From the NCBI GenBank assembly GCA_965208675.1, contig OZ242351.1, forward strand, positions 1,216,001 to 1,280,000: a stretch of DNA of 64,000 nt, written 5' to 3'. Positions 28,586 to 37,416 of the stretch are shown in pieces (within the stretch, counting starts at the first letter, position 1; each line of letters begins with the position of its first letter). A model generated the notes under the pieces. It did no database searches. It was not told the DNA's origin and saw only the letters and a program-made list of their open reading frames with translations. The DNA comes from Candidatus Poribacteria bacterium. GTDB lineage: Bacteria; Poribacteria; WGA-4E; PCPOR2b. A program made the position numbers and the translations under genes.

Positions 28586-29464
28586 TTGTTAAAATACATA
28601 TACTCCCACGAGCGTCCGCCGTGTATGAAAGTTGCTACTGTAAAATCCACTCCGTGGACTCGCAAACAAAGTTTCGCCCTCAGCACGTTCCTTGCGTGCA
28701 TTTTGACAGTTGCAACTTCCATTTTTTGTCTAAGGATAACCAGAGACAAATTCGGCGTTAATCTGCTGATGGTTGTGATGTGTATCTGTTTTTACTGCGG
28801 CTGCGGTGGTCCGATTGCACGGGTCTCGATTCCCATCAAGGTTCAATCAGAATTAAACGTGAGTCAGTATTCAAGTTTTGTGGTCTTGCCATTTTTTGAT
28901 GAACGACCGGACGGAGAAACGACATCTGCAGCTAAAGAGACAGAGGAGGAGATTGCGTCCCTAATGCGGCGGAGACTTGGGCAACAAAAAAACCTTAACA
29001 TACTTGGTACACAGGAAACGCTGCGAATGCTAGATGGCGAACCACTGGGTCTCAATCTTTTGAATGACCCTAGCCAGATTTTCCAATATGGAGAACTATT
29101 TGAGGTTGATGCAGTCGTTCTAGGAAGCTATAAATTTTATACCGTGAGCAGGTCTCGACGCTACTATGGTGAACGATATTCTAGGACGATGCAACGCTAT
29201 GTGACCGACTATCAGGATTACCTGCAGAAAAACTATATCTTCTCGTTGCGAGTTGTCATTGCGGATGCAGAATCTGAAGAAGTCGTTTGGGATGAAAAAT
29301 ACGAACGTGCGGCGGCTGAAGCCCACACCCTCGGTTCCTTTCTGGTGTCACAAGCTACTCCCGACGAAAGCACCTTAAAAAACCTAGCAAAACAAGCAAT
29401 CACAGAATTTACACGCAAAATTGCACCTCACTATCAAACTGAAGAAAGATTTCTGGTGAGATAA
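28586..29464 (+). CDS. Putative lipoprotein, CsgG/TolB-N-like fold
   Basis: Hydrophobic stretch ending in CGC, then VVLPFFD, VDAVVLGS and LRVVIADAESEEVVW. The true start is probably downstream of 28586. Confidence 0.55.
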   Translation: MLKYIYSHERPPCMKVATVKSTPWTRKQSFALSTFLACILTVATSIFCLRITRDKFGVNLLMVVMCICFYCGCGGPIARVSIPIKVQSELNVSQYSSFVVLPFFDERPDGETTSAAKETEEEIASLMRRRLGQQKNLNILGTQETLRMLDGEPLGLNLLNDPSQIFQYGELFEVDAVVLGSYKFYTVSRSRRYYGERYSRTMQRYVTDYQDYLQKNYIFSLRVVIADAESEEVVWDEKYERAAAEAHTLGSFLVSQATPDESTLKNLAKQAITEFTRKIAPHYQTEERFLVR

Positions 29465-29486
29465 CATTGTAATTGGGCGAAGTAGA

Positions 29487-32408
29487 ATGATTACATTGAT
29501 ACAATTGTTCATAACACGCTTCAAGTTTTTTATCGTGCGTCGCAATTCGCGCATTACACCGGCTTCACCGGCGATTTCATTGTTCTTCTTATGCCTGTCC
29601 ACAATTCTTTTTCACTCCCAAACTAGTTGGGCGCAGGGATTTGGCAAAAACAAAGTCACCGATGAACCTTTCGACTGGAAAATTCACCGCACAGAACATT
29701 TTGATATTCATTACTACCCTAGCGGAGAGCGGCTTGTTCCGATTATGGCAGACATTGCGGAAGAAGCGTATGAAAAGCACAGCGAAGATTTTGACCACGA
29801 AATCAAAGATCGCACACCGCTAATCCTATATCAATCCCACAAAGACTTTCAGGAGACCAATATTATACTGCAGGAGATTCACGAAGGCATTGGCGGTTTC
29901 GCTGAAATATTTAAGCGGCGTATGGTAATTCCCTTCACTGGTTCAATGGAAGCGTTTCGAGAAGTCATATTTCACGAATTAGTGCATATCTTTCAATACG
30001 ATATTATCTATCAGAAACCTGCGGCTCATATCTATAGCGGCGAATTTCTCTATTCACCTCCAATCTGGTTTATTGAAGGATCGGCAGACTACTTTGGCGA
30101 AGACAATGACACGATCGGAGAGATGGTTTTACGAGATGCAAGCCTCGCCAACTACATCGTGCCGTTGACCCGCCTTCAAGATTTCCGCGTTCTTGGCCCG
30201 CATGTCTTTCTCGGGTATAAGATGGGGCAATCCGCAGTTGGGTACTTGGTGGAAACTTATGGGCGAGACAAAGTGGGGCAGATTATGCATGAATTAAGGC
30301 ACATCCGAACAAAAGATATCGACATTGCCTTCAAAAATGTGCTCGGCATTGGTCTCGAAGAGTTCGATAAAAGTTGGCGCCGCGTCGTTCAGAAAAAATA
30401 TTGGCCCCTGGTTGAGCACAAGGATACGCCAGATACCATTGCCAAAAGCCTGACTGAAAAATCCCGATATTCCAGCAACGTTAAGCCGGCTTGGTCGCCA
30501 AGCGGCGACATCATCGCCTACATTACCGGCAGCGACGGATTTGGCGAAATCGTCCTCGTATCCGCAAAGAGCGGGAAAAGACTTGCCCGAATTAGCAAAC
30601 GTTTCTTTGGAAGTAAATACGAAGACCTCCGCATGGACGGCAGCGGAATTGCTTGGTCGCCTGATGGTGATTGTATTGCATGTATTGCCAAGCATCACGG
30701 AACGGATTATCTATTGGAGATTGATATCATAACCAAAAAACTAAAGCGCCGCTTAAAACTCGACTTTGATGCAGCATATTCACCGAGCTATGATGGAAAC
30801 GGTGACCGCATCGTTTTTGCTGCATTAGACAAAGGACAATCCGATTTATATGTCATTGAGCTTTTAACCGGAGAGATTACTCGGTTGACAAACGACCCCT
30901 TCGATGATAACCACCCTTCATGGCACCCAACAACAGAAGAAATCATCTATGCCTCAGAGCGCGAGAGCAAGAACAAGCTAGTCATCTTTGATGTGAGTAA
31001 CCGCACACAACGGCAGTTGACATACGGCGAACACAACGCCGTGAGTCCAAAATGGTCGCCCGATGGGGAAAAAATAATTTTCTGCTCGGACCTGCACGGC
31101 GTCTACGATTTGCACACGATTAAACCGGATGGAGCGGATTTTACGAGACTGACAAGTATTATCACAGGGTGCTTCAACCCTAGCCTTGACCCCCATCAGA
31201 GAAATATCGTCTTTACTGCGTATCAAAATGGAAGACAGGACATCTATCTCATGGACACGGCAAAGGCGATGGATGACAAGATTGACATGCCGCCTTTGGA
31301 GGTACAGCCGATAATTGCGGACGCTTCGACACCGCCGCCGCGCCGCATTGGCCGCAGGAAATACGATACCAACATTGCCTTGGACGCTATTTTCACGAAC
31401 TTTAATTTGGGCGCTGACGGTCTTCTGCGGAACACGACGGAGTTCATCGGGAGCGATATGATGGGTAATCATCGGTTGGGAGCAAGTTTGATAAATCAAT
31501 CAGGCTTCCTGGCACCGGATTTCATACTACGATACGGATTTCTCGCACGTCGCAGCGATATTGGTGCCGCCCTTTTTAACTACCACCAATATTACCTCTT
31601 GGGTACAACTCGCGATCGCCGCGGGTATTTGCAGCGGACAACTGGCTTTCTAGGATACATGAGTTATCCATTCAATCGCTATCGTCGGTTAGATTTCAAC
31701 CTCTTAATGTACTCTACCCCGTTTTCTTTCAACTTTGAACCTAATCCGACGCGCAATTTTGGCGACAACCGTGCAATCCTTTTTCTCGGAACACTCTCTC
31801 TCGTGGGTGATACCACGATGTGGAAAGTGTTTGGGCCCCATACTGGCACACGCTACAAACTTACATTCGAGAAGTCGTTCCGGGCTTTAGGCAGCGAACT
31901 ACAATTGACGAATCTAGTCTTCGACTATCGCCGATATTTTAAACTTGGCAGGCGTTCAACATTTGCAACCCGTTTGCTGCTAGGTGGCAGCTTTGGCTCG
32001 GATAAATCCCTCTTTTATCTCGGCGGCATTGATACGCTCAGGGGATATCGCTACCAGGACCTAATCGGTACGCGTATGGGACTAATGAATTTTGAGATTC
32101 GAATCCCATTCATTGACGAGCTGAGGTTTGGTTGGCCCTTCCCATGGGCAATCAGCGGGATTCGTGGTATTGCTTTCTCTGATTTTGGCACTGTTTGGTC
32201 GGAGGCGCTCCACCACGACAATCCATATCACGTCTTTCATAAGGAGAATAACCGCTATCGCCTTGATGATGTCAAAGGTTCTGTTGGCATTGGACTCCGA
32301 TTACAGCTTGGGTTCTTCTCTCTTGATTTCGATGTAGCGCGTCGAACCGACCTCGCCGAGATTAATCCGGACACAATGTTCCACTTTGGACTAAGCCAAG
32401 CCTTTTGA
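29487..32408 (+). CDS. Omp85/BamA-family outer-membrane protein with N-terminal HExxH peptidase-like domain and PD40/TolB propeller
   Basis: FGKNKV, HELVH...WFIEG, PAWSP/PKWSPDG repeats, LGG.DTLRGY lid motif and C-terminal FHFGLSQAF. Confidence 0.85.
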   Translation: MITLIQLFITRFKFFIVRRNSRITPASPAISLFFLCLSTILFHSQTSWAQGFGKNKVTDEPFDWKIHRTEHFDIHYYPSGERLVPIMADIAEEAYEKHSEDFDHEIKDRTPLILYQSHKDFQETNIILQEIHEGIGGFAEIFKRRMVIPFTGSMEAFREVIFHELVHIFQYDIIYQKPAAHIYSGEFLYSPPIWFIEGSADYFGEDNDTIGEMVLRDASLANYIVPLTRLQDFRVLGPHVFLGYKMGQSAVGYLVETYGRDKVGQIMHELRHIRTKDIDIAFKNVLGIGLEEFDKSWRRVVQKKYWPLVEHKDTPDTIAKSLTEKSRYSSNVKPAWSPSGDIIAYITGSDGFGEIVLVSAKSGKRLARISKRFFGSKYEDLRMDGSGIAWSPDGDCIACIAKHHGTDYLLEIDIITKKLKRRLKLDFDAAYSPSYDGNGDRIVFAALDKGQSDLYVIELLTGEITRLTNDPFDDNHPSWHPTTEEIIYASERESKNKLVIFDVSNRTQRQLTYGEHNAVSPKWSPDGEKIIFCSDLHGVYDLHTIKPDGADFTRLTSIITGCFNPSLDPHQRNIVFTAYQNGRQDIYLMDTAKAMDDKIDMPPLEVQPIIADASTPPPRRIGRRKYDTNIALDAIFTNFNLGADGLLRNTTEFIGSDMMGNHRLGASLINQSGFLAPDFILRYGFLARRSDIGAALFNYHQYYLLGTTRDRRGYLQRTTGFLGYMSYPFNRYRRLDFNLLMYSTPFSFNFEPNPTRNFGDNRAILFLGTLSLVGDTTMWKVFGPHTGTRYKLTFEKSFRALGSELQLTNLVFDYRRYFKLGRRSTFATRLLLGGSFGSDKSLFYLGGIDTLRGYRYQDLIGTRMGLMNFEIRIPFIDELRFGWPFPWAISGIRGIAFSDFGTVWSEALHHDNPYHVFHKENNRYRLDDVKGSVGIGLRLQLGFFSLDFDVARRTDLAEINPDTMFHFGLSQAF

Positions 32409-32477
32409 ATTTTGGAAAATGCAATAAGTATTATTAATATGTGAAAAATTGAACATATCTGCGTTCCGAGCGATTTG

Positions 32478-32542
32478 AACAGGAACAAGACTTGTCCCTG
32501 CATTGAAGCAACCCTTGTAGAGGCAACCCATGCGGTTGCCCT
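32478..32542 (+). repeat. REP doublet: degenerate inverted partner (32478-32501) plus GTAG-type REP copy 2 (32516-32542)
   Basis: TGTAG-AGGCAACC-CATGC-GGTTGCCC-T preceded by ACAGG-AACAAGA-CTTGT-CCCTGC. Confidence 0.65.
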
Positions 32543-32805
32543 GCTGTAGATCGGCCGTCTCGCGAGACTTGTGCAAATCCGCGCCGGCTGGGAGAAGAAG
32601 CCACACCTACTATTGTTGAATTGGGTATTAGGCGAAACAACCAATCGTATGTTGAATTGGCAACGCCAAAATGTCAACACGCCCTAGTTTAGACATCATC
32701 TTCACCTAAAAGACTCGAAAAGTTCACAACCCCTTTGAACCTCCGGAGGGAAATCACATTGCGAATTCACAGTTCGCGTTAGCCATTAACTGAAGGTAGG
32801 TACGC

Positions 32806-35800
32806 ATGCACTCACGTTTTAAACGACTCATTGTTCTCGCTGCGGTATTAGCGGTCATCGTCAGCATTATCGCAATTTTCGTCAATATTTACCCCAATGT
32901 ACTTTGGTTTAATATGGTCGGCTACGTTTCAGTCTTTACGGAAATTCTATTGGCGAAAGTTGCATTGGGCGCTGCCGTCGGGGGGCTATTTCTGGTCATC
33001 CTTCTCGTCAACCTCTATCTGATTTGGCGTTTCACTCCCTCGCAACTAAGCCCCACCCTTCTTGAATCAATCCCAATCAGCGGCGAATTCGATTTCGATC
33101 TGCGCAAAATGATTTACGTAGTGTTGGCGCTTCTCGCCATTGCATTTAGCGCACTCATGGGATACACAGCGGCAGATCGCTGGGAAATCGCACTTCGATA
33201 TTTCAAAGCAGACGACCTCGCCTTTCAATCGGCTAGCCGCTTATCCGAAACTGTTGAACGCGGCAACACTGATGTTTTAATTTCTCAGTTGGATGTCGAA
33301 GCCAAGGGATTAAAGATAGGAGATAAGGTTGTTATTGAGCAGGAAAATCAAAGCCACGAAGCAAATGTCAATTCTATTAACAGCGCTGGCAACGGTAGAA
33401 GCAAGATTACGTTGAGCCGTCCTCTCGATTTCACCACGACGGAAAAAGCCGTGTTAACCGCGGCTGCCCGCGATCCAATCTTCGACAAAAACGTGAGTTA
33501 TTACGTTTTCAGAATGCCGTTTGAACGCTTTATTTGCGGCAATTTAGTTGGACTGTTTCTGCTAATGACAATCTTTTCCGCTGTGCTCTACTTTTTCCAC
33601 GGCTCTTTAATTGGCGATAATAATCGCTTCGATCCGCCGCAGCGTGTGAAGACACACCTCTTTGTGTTAGTCGGCATTACACTGCTGACTCGCGCTTGGA
33701 ATTACCGCTTTACAATGTTTGACCTGCTCTACGCTACCAACGATGTTGTCCGCGGCGGCGGCGGATATGCAGCCATCCAAGCGCGGTTGCTTGTACTGGA
33801 AATTTTGCTGGCGCTCTCAATCATCTGTGCCATAGTGTTCCTAATCAGCATCTTCTTGCGGCGAATCTCACCCGCTGTCGGTGGTGTTGTAATCCTATTG
33901 ATTGTTGGCTTCTTTGGTCAGGTCTATCCTAGGCTCATTCAAAGGCTCAAGGTCGAACCCAATAAACAGGAGCTTGAATCCAAATACATAAACTTTAACA
34001 TAAAGGCAACTTTATTCGCTTATGATTTGGAAGATAACACCGTGACGGAAGAAGAATATCCCTTGACCGGCGAGTTATCCTACGAGCAGATTACGAATGA
34101 GGAAAATTCCGCAGTCGTAAACAGCGTACGGCTTTGGGATTGGCGTCCGCTCAGGCGTACATTTCGTCAATTACAAGAACTGCGTCGTCAGTATGATTTT
34201 GCCGACGTAGACATTGACCGCTACCCAATGGAAGACGGCGAAGCGCGCCAGGTGATGCTCTCTACACGTGAGTTGGATTTGAACGAACTTCGAAATGAAG
34301 ATTGGTATAAGCGGACCTACGTCTATACTCACGGTTATGGCGCCGTGATGAGCCCCGTCAATGAGATCGATGACGGAAAACCCAAAATGTACATTGAGGA
34401 CATCCCAGTCAATTATGCAGCCGAATGGACGGATAATCGGTTTAATGCCGCGCCAGGACCGCGTATATACTACGGAGAACTCACACCGCATTACGCAATC
34501 GTCCATCCAGGGCGTGATGACAAACTGGAGTTTGATTACCCTGAACAGGGGCAGGGCTATGCCAAATATTCGTACACTGGACAGGGCGGGGTTCAACTCG
34601 CATCATTCTTGCGCAGGTTCGTTTACATGCTGAAATTTAACAATGAGCTAAATTTCATCCTATCGAGAGAAATTACATCTACTAGTCGGGTGCTCTATCA
34701 TCGAAACATACAAGAGCGTGTTCAAAAAATTGCACCGTTCTTACGATTCGATAAAGACCCCTATGCGGTTATTCACAACGGCAGGCTTATCTGGATGATC
34801 GACGCATACACGACAACGAGACGTTATCCGTATTCCGCCCCCATGCCGGATGTGGTGCGGGCAACTATTGCGGAACGGCAGGGAAGACGCGCGGCAAGCC
34901 GAATCGTCGGCAGCGAACAACCGTGGGATGGAAATTATATTCGAAATGCCGTAAAGGTGACTGTGGACGCCTACGATGGCACTGTGGATTTCTATCTCAT
35001 GAAGCGCGAAAACGACCCCATCGTAGAGTGCTACAACCGTATTTTCCCCAATCTCTTCAAACCATTTGACGACATGCCCGAAGATCTCAAAAGCCACATC
35101 CGCTATCCAACCACAATGTTCCTCATTCAAGCTCGGATGTATCAGGATTATCACATGAAAGACCCAACGACCTTCTATGCACAAGAAGACCCCTGGGAAA
35201 TCGGTAAAGAGGTTTACGACACGACTGAACGCCCCCGTAATCAGCCTATTGCGCCGCCCAGTCCCTTCCCGACCCAACAAGTGAGCCCACAGCCGCTCTT
35301 GACAAATGAACAAGAAGTCGCACCCTATTACGTTGTAATAAAACTGCCGGGCGAAGAACAGGCGGAATTCATGCTCATGCTTCCTTTCACCCCAAAGAGC
35401 AAGTTAAATCTCACCGCTTGGCTCGCTGCAAGATGCGATTTGCCGCAATACGGCCAACTGCTCGTTTATCGTTTTCCAAAAGGAAAACTTGCCCCTGGAC
35501 CAATGCAGGTCGAAAATTTCATTACCCAAAAACCTGAAATTTCCGAACAGATTAGCTTATGGAATAGGGAAGGATCGCGCGTGTTGCGTGGAAATTTGTT
35601 AATTATCCCCATGCACAACGCCCTATTGTACGTAGAGCCAATCTACATTCAATCGGAGAATGAGGATTCGGCAATACCTGAACTCCGTCGTGTCGTCATC
35701 GGCTATAAAGAAAACGTCGTCTGGGGCGCGAGTTTTGACGAAGCCTTGGTCAAGATGTTTGGAAGAACCGCGGCAGCGGGCGTCCCCCCGGCGGCGGAAC

Positions 35801-36006
35801 TCGAAACTGTCGAACAGAAAAAAGACGTAGAGCAAGTAATCGCCCACGCCTCAAATCAAATCTCAATTTCCGAACTGGCGAAAGATGCAAACCGATACTT
35901 TGAACGGGCCGAAGCAGCGAGAAGAGCGGGGAAGTGGGATGAATACGGGCGTTTTCACAATCTGCTGGAGCAGACATTGAAGCAGTTGGACGAAAACGCA
36001 AATTAG
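32806..36006 (+). CDS. UPF0182 family membrane protein
   Basis: LWFNMVGY, DPIF..NVSYYVF, VRLWDWRP, DVDIDRY, YTHGYG, NYIRNAVK.TVDAYDG, RGNLLIIP and LLYVEPIY. Confidence 0.95.
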   Translation: MHSRFKRLIVLAAVLAVIVSIIAIFVNIYPNVLWFNMVGYVSVFTEILLAKVALGAAVGGLFLVILLVNLYLIWRFTPSQLSPTLLESIPISGEFDFDLRKMIYVVLALLAIAFSALMGYTAADRWEIALRYFKADDLAFQSASRLSETVERGNTDVLISQLDVEAKGLKIGDKVVIEQENQSHEANVNSINSAGNGRSKITLSRPLDFTTTEKAVLTAAARDPIFDKNVSYYVFRMPFERFICGNLVGLFLLMTIFSAVLYFFHGSLIGDNNRFDPPQRVKTHLFVLVGITLLTRAWNYRFTMFDLLYATNDVVRGGGGYAAIQARLLVLEILLALSIICAIVFLISIFLRRISPAVGGVVILLIVGFFGQVYPRLIQRLKVEPNKQELESKYINFNIKATLFAYDLEDNTVTEEEYPLTGELSYEQITNEENSAVVNSVRLWDWRPLRRTFRQLQELRRQYDFADVDIDRYPMEDGEARQVMLSTRELDLNELRNEDWYKRTYVYTHGYGAVMSPVNEIDDGKPKMYIEDIPVNYAAEWTDNRFNAAPGPRIYYGELTPHYAIVHPGRDDKLEFDYPEQGQGYAKYSYTGQGGVQLASFLRRFVYMLKFNNELNFILSREITSTSRVLYHRNIQERVQKIAPFLRFDKDPYAVIHNGRLIWMIDAYTTTRRYPYSAPMPDVVRATIAERQGRRAASRIVGSEQPWDGNYIRNAVKVTVDAYDGTVDFYLMKRENDPIVECYNRIFPNLFKPFDDMPEDLKSHIRYPTTMFLIQARMYQDYHMKDPTTFYAQEDPWEIGKEVYDTTERPRNQPIAPPSPFPTQQVSPQPLLTNEQEVAPYYVVIKLPGEEQAEFMLMLPFTPKSKLNLTAWLAARCDLPQYGQLLVYRFPKGKLAPGPMQVENFITQKPEISEQISLWNREGSRVLRGNLLIIPMHNALLYVEPIYIQSENEDSAIPELRRVVIGYKENVVWGASFDEALVKMFGRTAAAGVPPAAELETVEQKKDVEQVIAHASNQISISELAKDANRYFERAEAARRAGKWDEYGRFHNLLEQTLKQLDENAN

Positions 36007-36036
36007 CAACCAACAACTAACACGGAGGTGACTCAA

Positions 36037-36291
36037 ATGGGACTCGACTGGAAACCGCGTCACCGGGATTTAGTCATTGGCGGCATTCCTTGGCTTGCCC
36101 GAATCACGGATAAAGCGCGCGCCAAATTGAACGGGACTATCGGCGACTACATTTACCCGTGACCAATGGATCAATCAGTATTCCTGGAGGAATACAAGCT
36201 CACAGGCGACGAGTTTATTGAAATCGTAAAAAATAATCCGTCAGACGATGACATGATTGCTGCGATTCGTTCGCTGGCGAAAGAACAATAA
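36037..36291 (+). CDS. Small DUF5069-like protein with in-frame TGA (candidate selenoprotein, 84 aa)
   Basis: Strong SD GGAGGTG (36024-36030). Translation MGLDWKPRHRDLVIGGIPWLARITDKARAKLNGTIGDYIYP-[TGA 36160]-PMDQSVFLEEYKLTGDEFIEIVKNNPSDDDMIAAIRSLAKEQ. Family resemblance continues on both sides of the TGA. Confidence 0.8.
36178..36195 (+). promoter_or_regulatory. Bacterial SECIS-like stem-loop
   Basis: GTATTCC-TGGA-GGAATAC is a perfect 7-bp stem. The loop starts 23 nt after the UGA and has G at loop position 2. Confidence 0.6.
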
Positions 36292-36342
36292 TTCGAGTTG
36301 TTATCGTAACAAGTGCATTACTCATGTTGGAGATGTCTTTAA

Positions 36343-37407
36343 TTGAATCTGGCAGACTACCGAAATCAGATCGATCAACTTGATGATCAAATCTTGGATC
36401 TCTTGCTTCAACGCGCGCGAATTGCCAAAAAGGTAGGAGACTTCAAAGAAAGCGCAAACACGGGGACTGTGTATGCGCCGCACCGTGAAAAAGAGATTCT
36501 GACTCGGTTGAAGGCGCGCAACAGGGATGGATTTCCACCCATTGCCCTTGAGAAAATTTATAAAGAGATTATTTCGGCTTGCAGATTTTTAGAAAAGCCA
36601 TTGCGCATTGCATACCTCGGCCCCGTTGGTAGTTTTGGGCATGCAGCCAGCCTGCGCCATTTTGGCGGCTCGGCAAATTTCATTCCGCAATCGCCTCAAA
36701 CCGATATCTTCGTAGAGGTCGAAGCTAGCAGGGCCGATTACGGAGTGGTTGCAATCGAAAATTCCACATACGGTAGTGTGCGCGACGTTTTGGAAATGTT
36801 CCAGCACTCGCAGTTGCAAATTTGCGCCGAAATCTTCCTGCCAATTGATCACAACCTGCTCTCAAATTCTCCACTGAACGAAGTCGTTAAAGTCTACTCA
36901 CATCCGCAACCCTTTGCGCAATGCAGAAAATGGCTTCATCAAAACTTGGAAGGTGTTCAACAAATTGAAGTCGCAAGTACGTCTGAGGCCGCGCGAATAG
37001 CCGCCGACCAACACGGTGCCGCGGCAATCGCTAGCAAGCTGGCAGCGGAAATCTATGATTTGCCTATTTCCAACCCGTCAATCATGGACGACCCAAGTAA
37101 CACAACCCGCTTCCTTGTTATTGGATGGCACGCCGCGGAAAGAAGCGGAAACGACCGGACATCAATCCTTTTCGCTATTAAAGACAAAGTCGGTGCGCTC
37201 TATGAAGTCCTCAGTGTCTTGGAGCGCAAAGGTATCAATATGAGTCGGATTGAATCCTTGCCCGCCCGAACAAAAGCTTGGGAGTACGTTTTCTTTGTTG
37301 ATTTTGATGGGCACCCCGAAGATGAAAACGTCCGAACCGCTCTAGACGAGATTGAAGAGCTATGCGTGCTCGCAAAAATCCTTGGGGTTTATCCGTGTGC
37401 TTCCTAG
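36343..37407 (+). CDS. pheA: Chorismate mutase/prephenate dehydratase (P-protein)
   Basis: RNQIDQLD, AYLGP.GSF, IENST.GSV, SHPQPFAQC, NTTRF and ACT domain with IESLP. Confidence 0.96.
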   Translation: MNLADYRNQIDQLDDQILDLLLQRARIAKKVGDFKESANTGTVYAPHREKEILTRLKARNRDGFPPIALEKIYKEIISACRFLEKPLRIAYLGPVGSFGHAASLRHFGGSANFIPQSPQTDIFVEVEASRADYGVVAIENSTYGSVRDVLEMFQHSQLQICAEIFLPIDHNLLSNSPLNEVVKVYSHPQPFAQCRKWLHQNLEGVQQIEVASTSEAARIAADQHGAAAIASKLAAEIYDLPISNPSIMDDPSNTTRFLVIGWHAAERSGNDRTSILFAIKDKVGALYEVLSVLERKGINMSRIESLPARTKAWEYVFFVDFDGHPEDENVRTALDEIEELCVLAKILGVYPCAS

Positions 37408-37416
37408 GTTGGTAAA

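Noticed and set aside
36160-36162. Genome-wide UGA reassignment (code 4/25) as the explanation for the in-frame TGA
   Set aside because: Many conserved genes here end normally at TGA (rpiA, LOG, accA, cysS, queG), and Trp is encoded by TGG.
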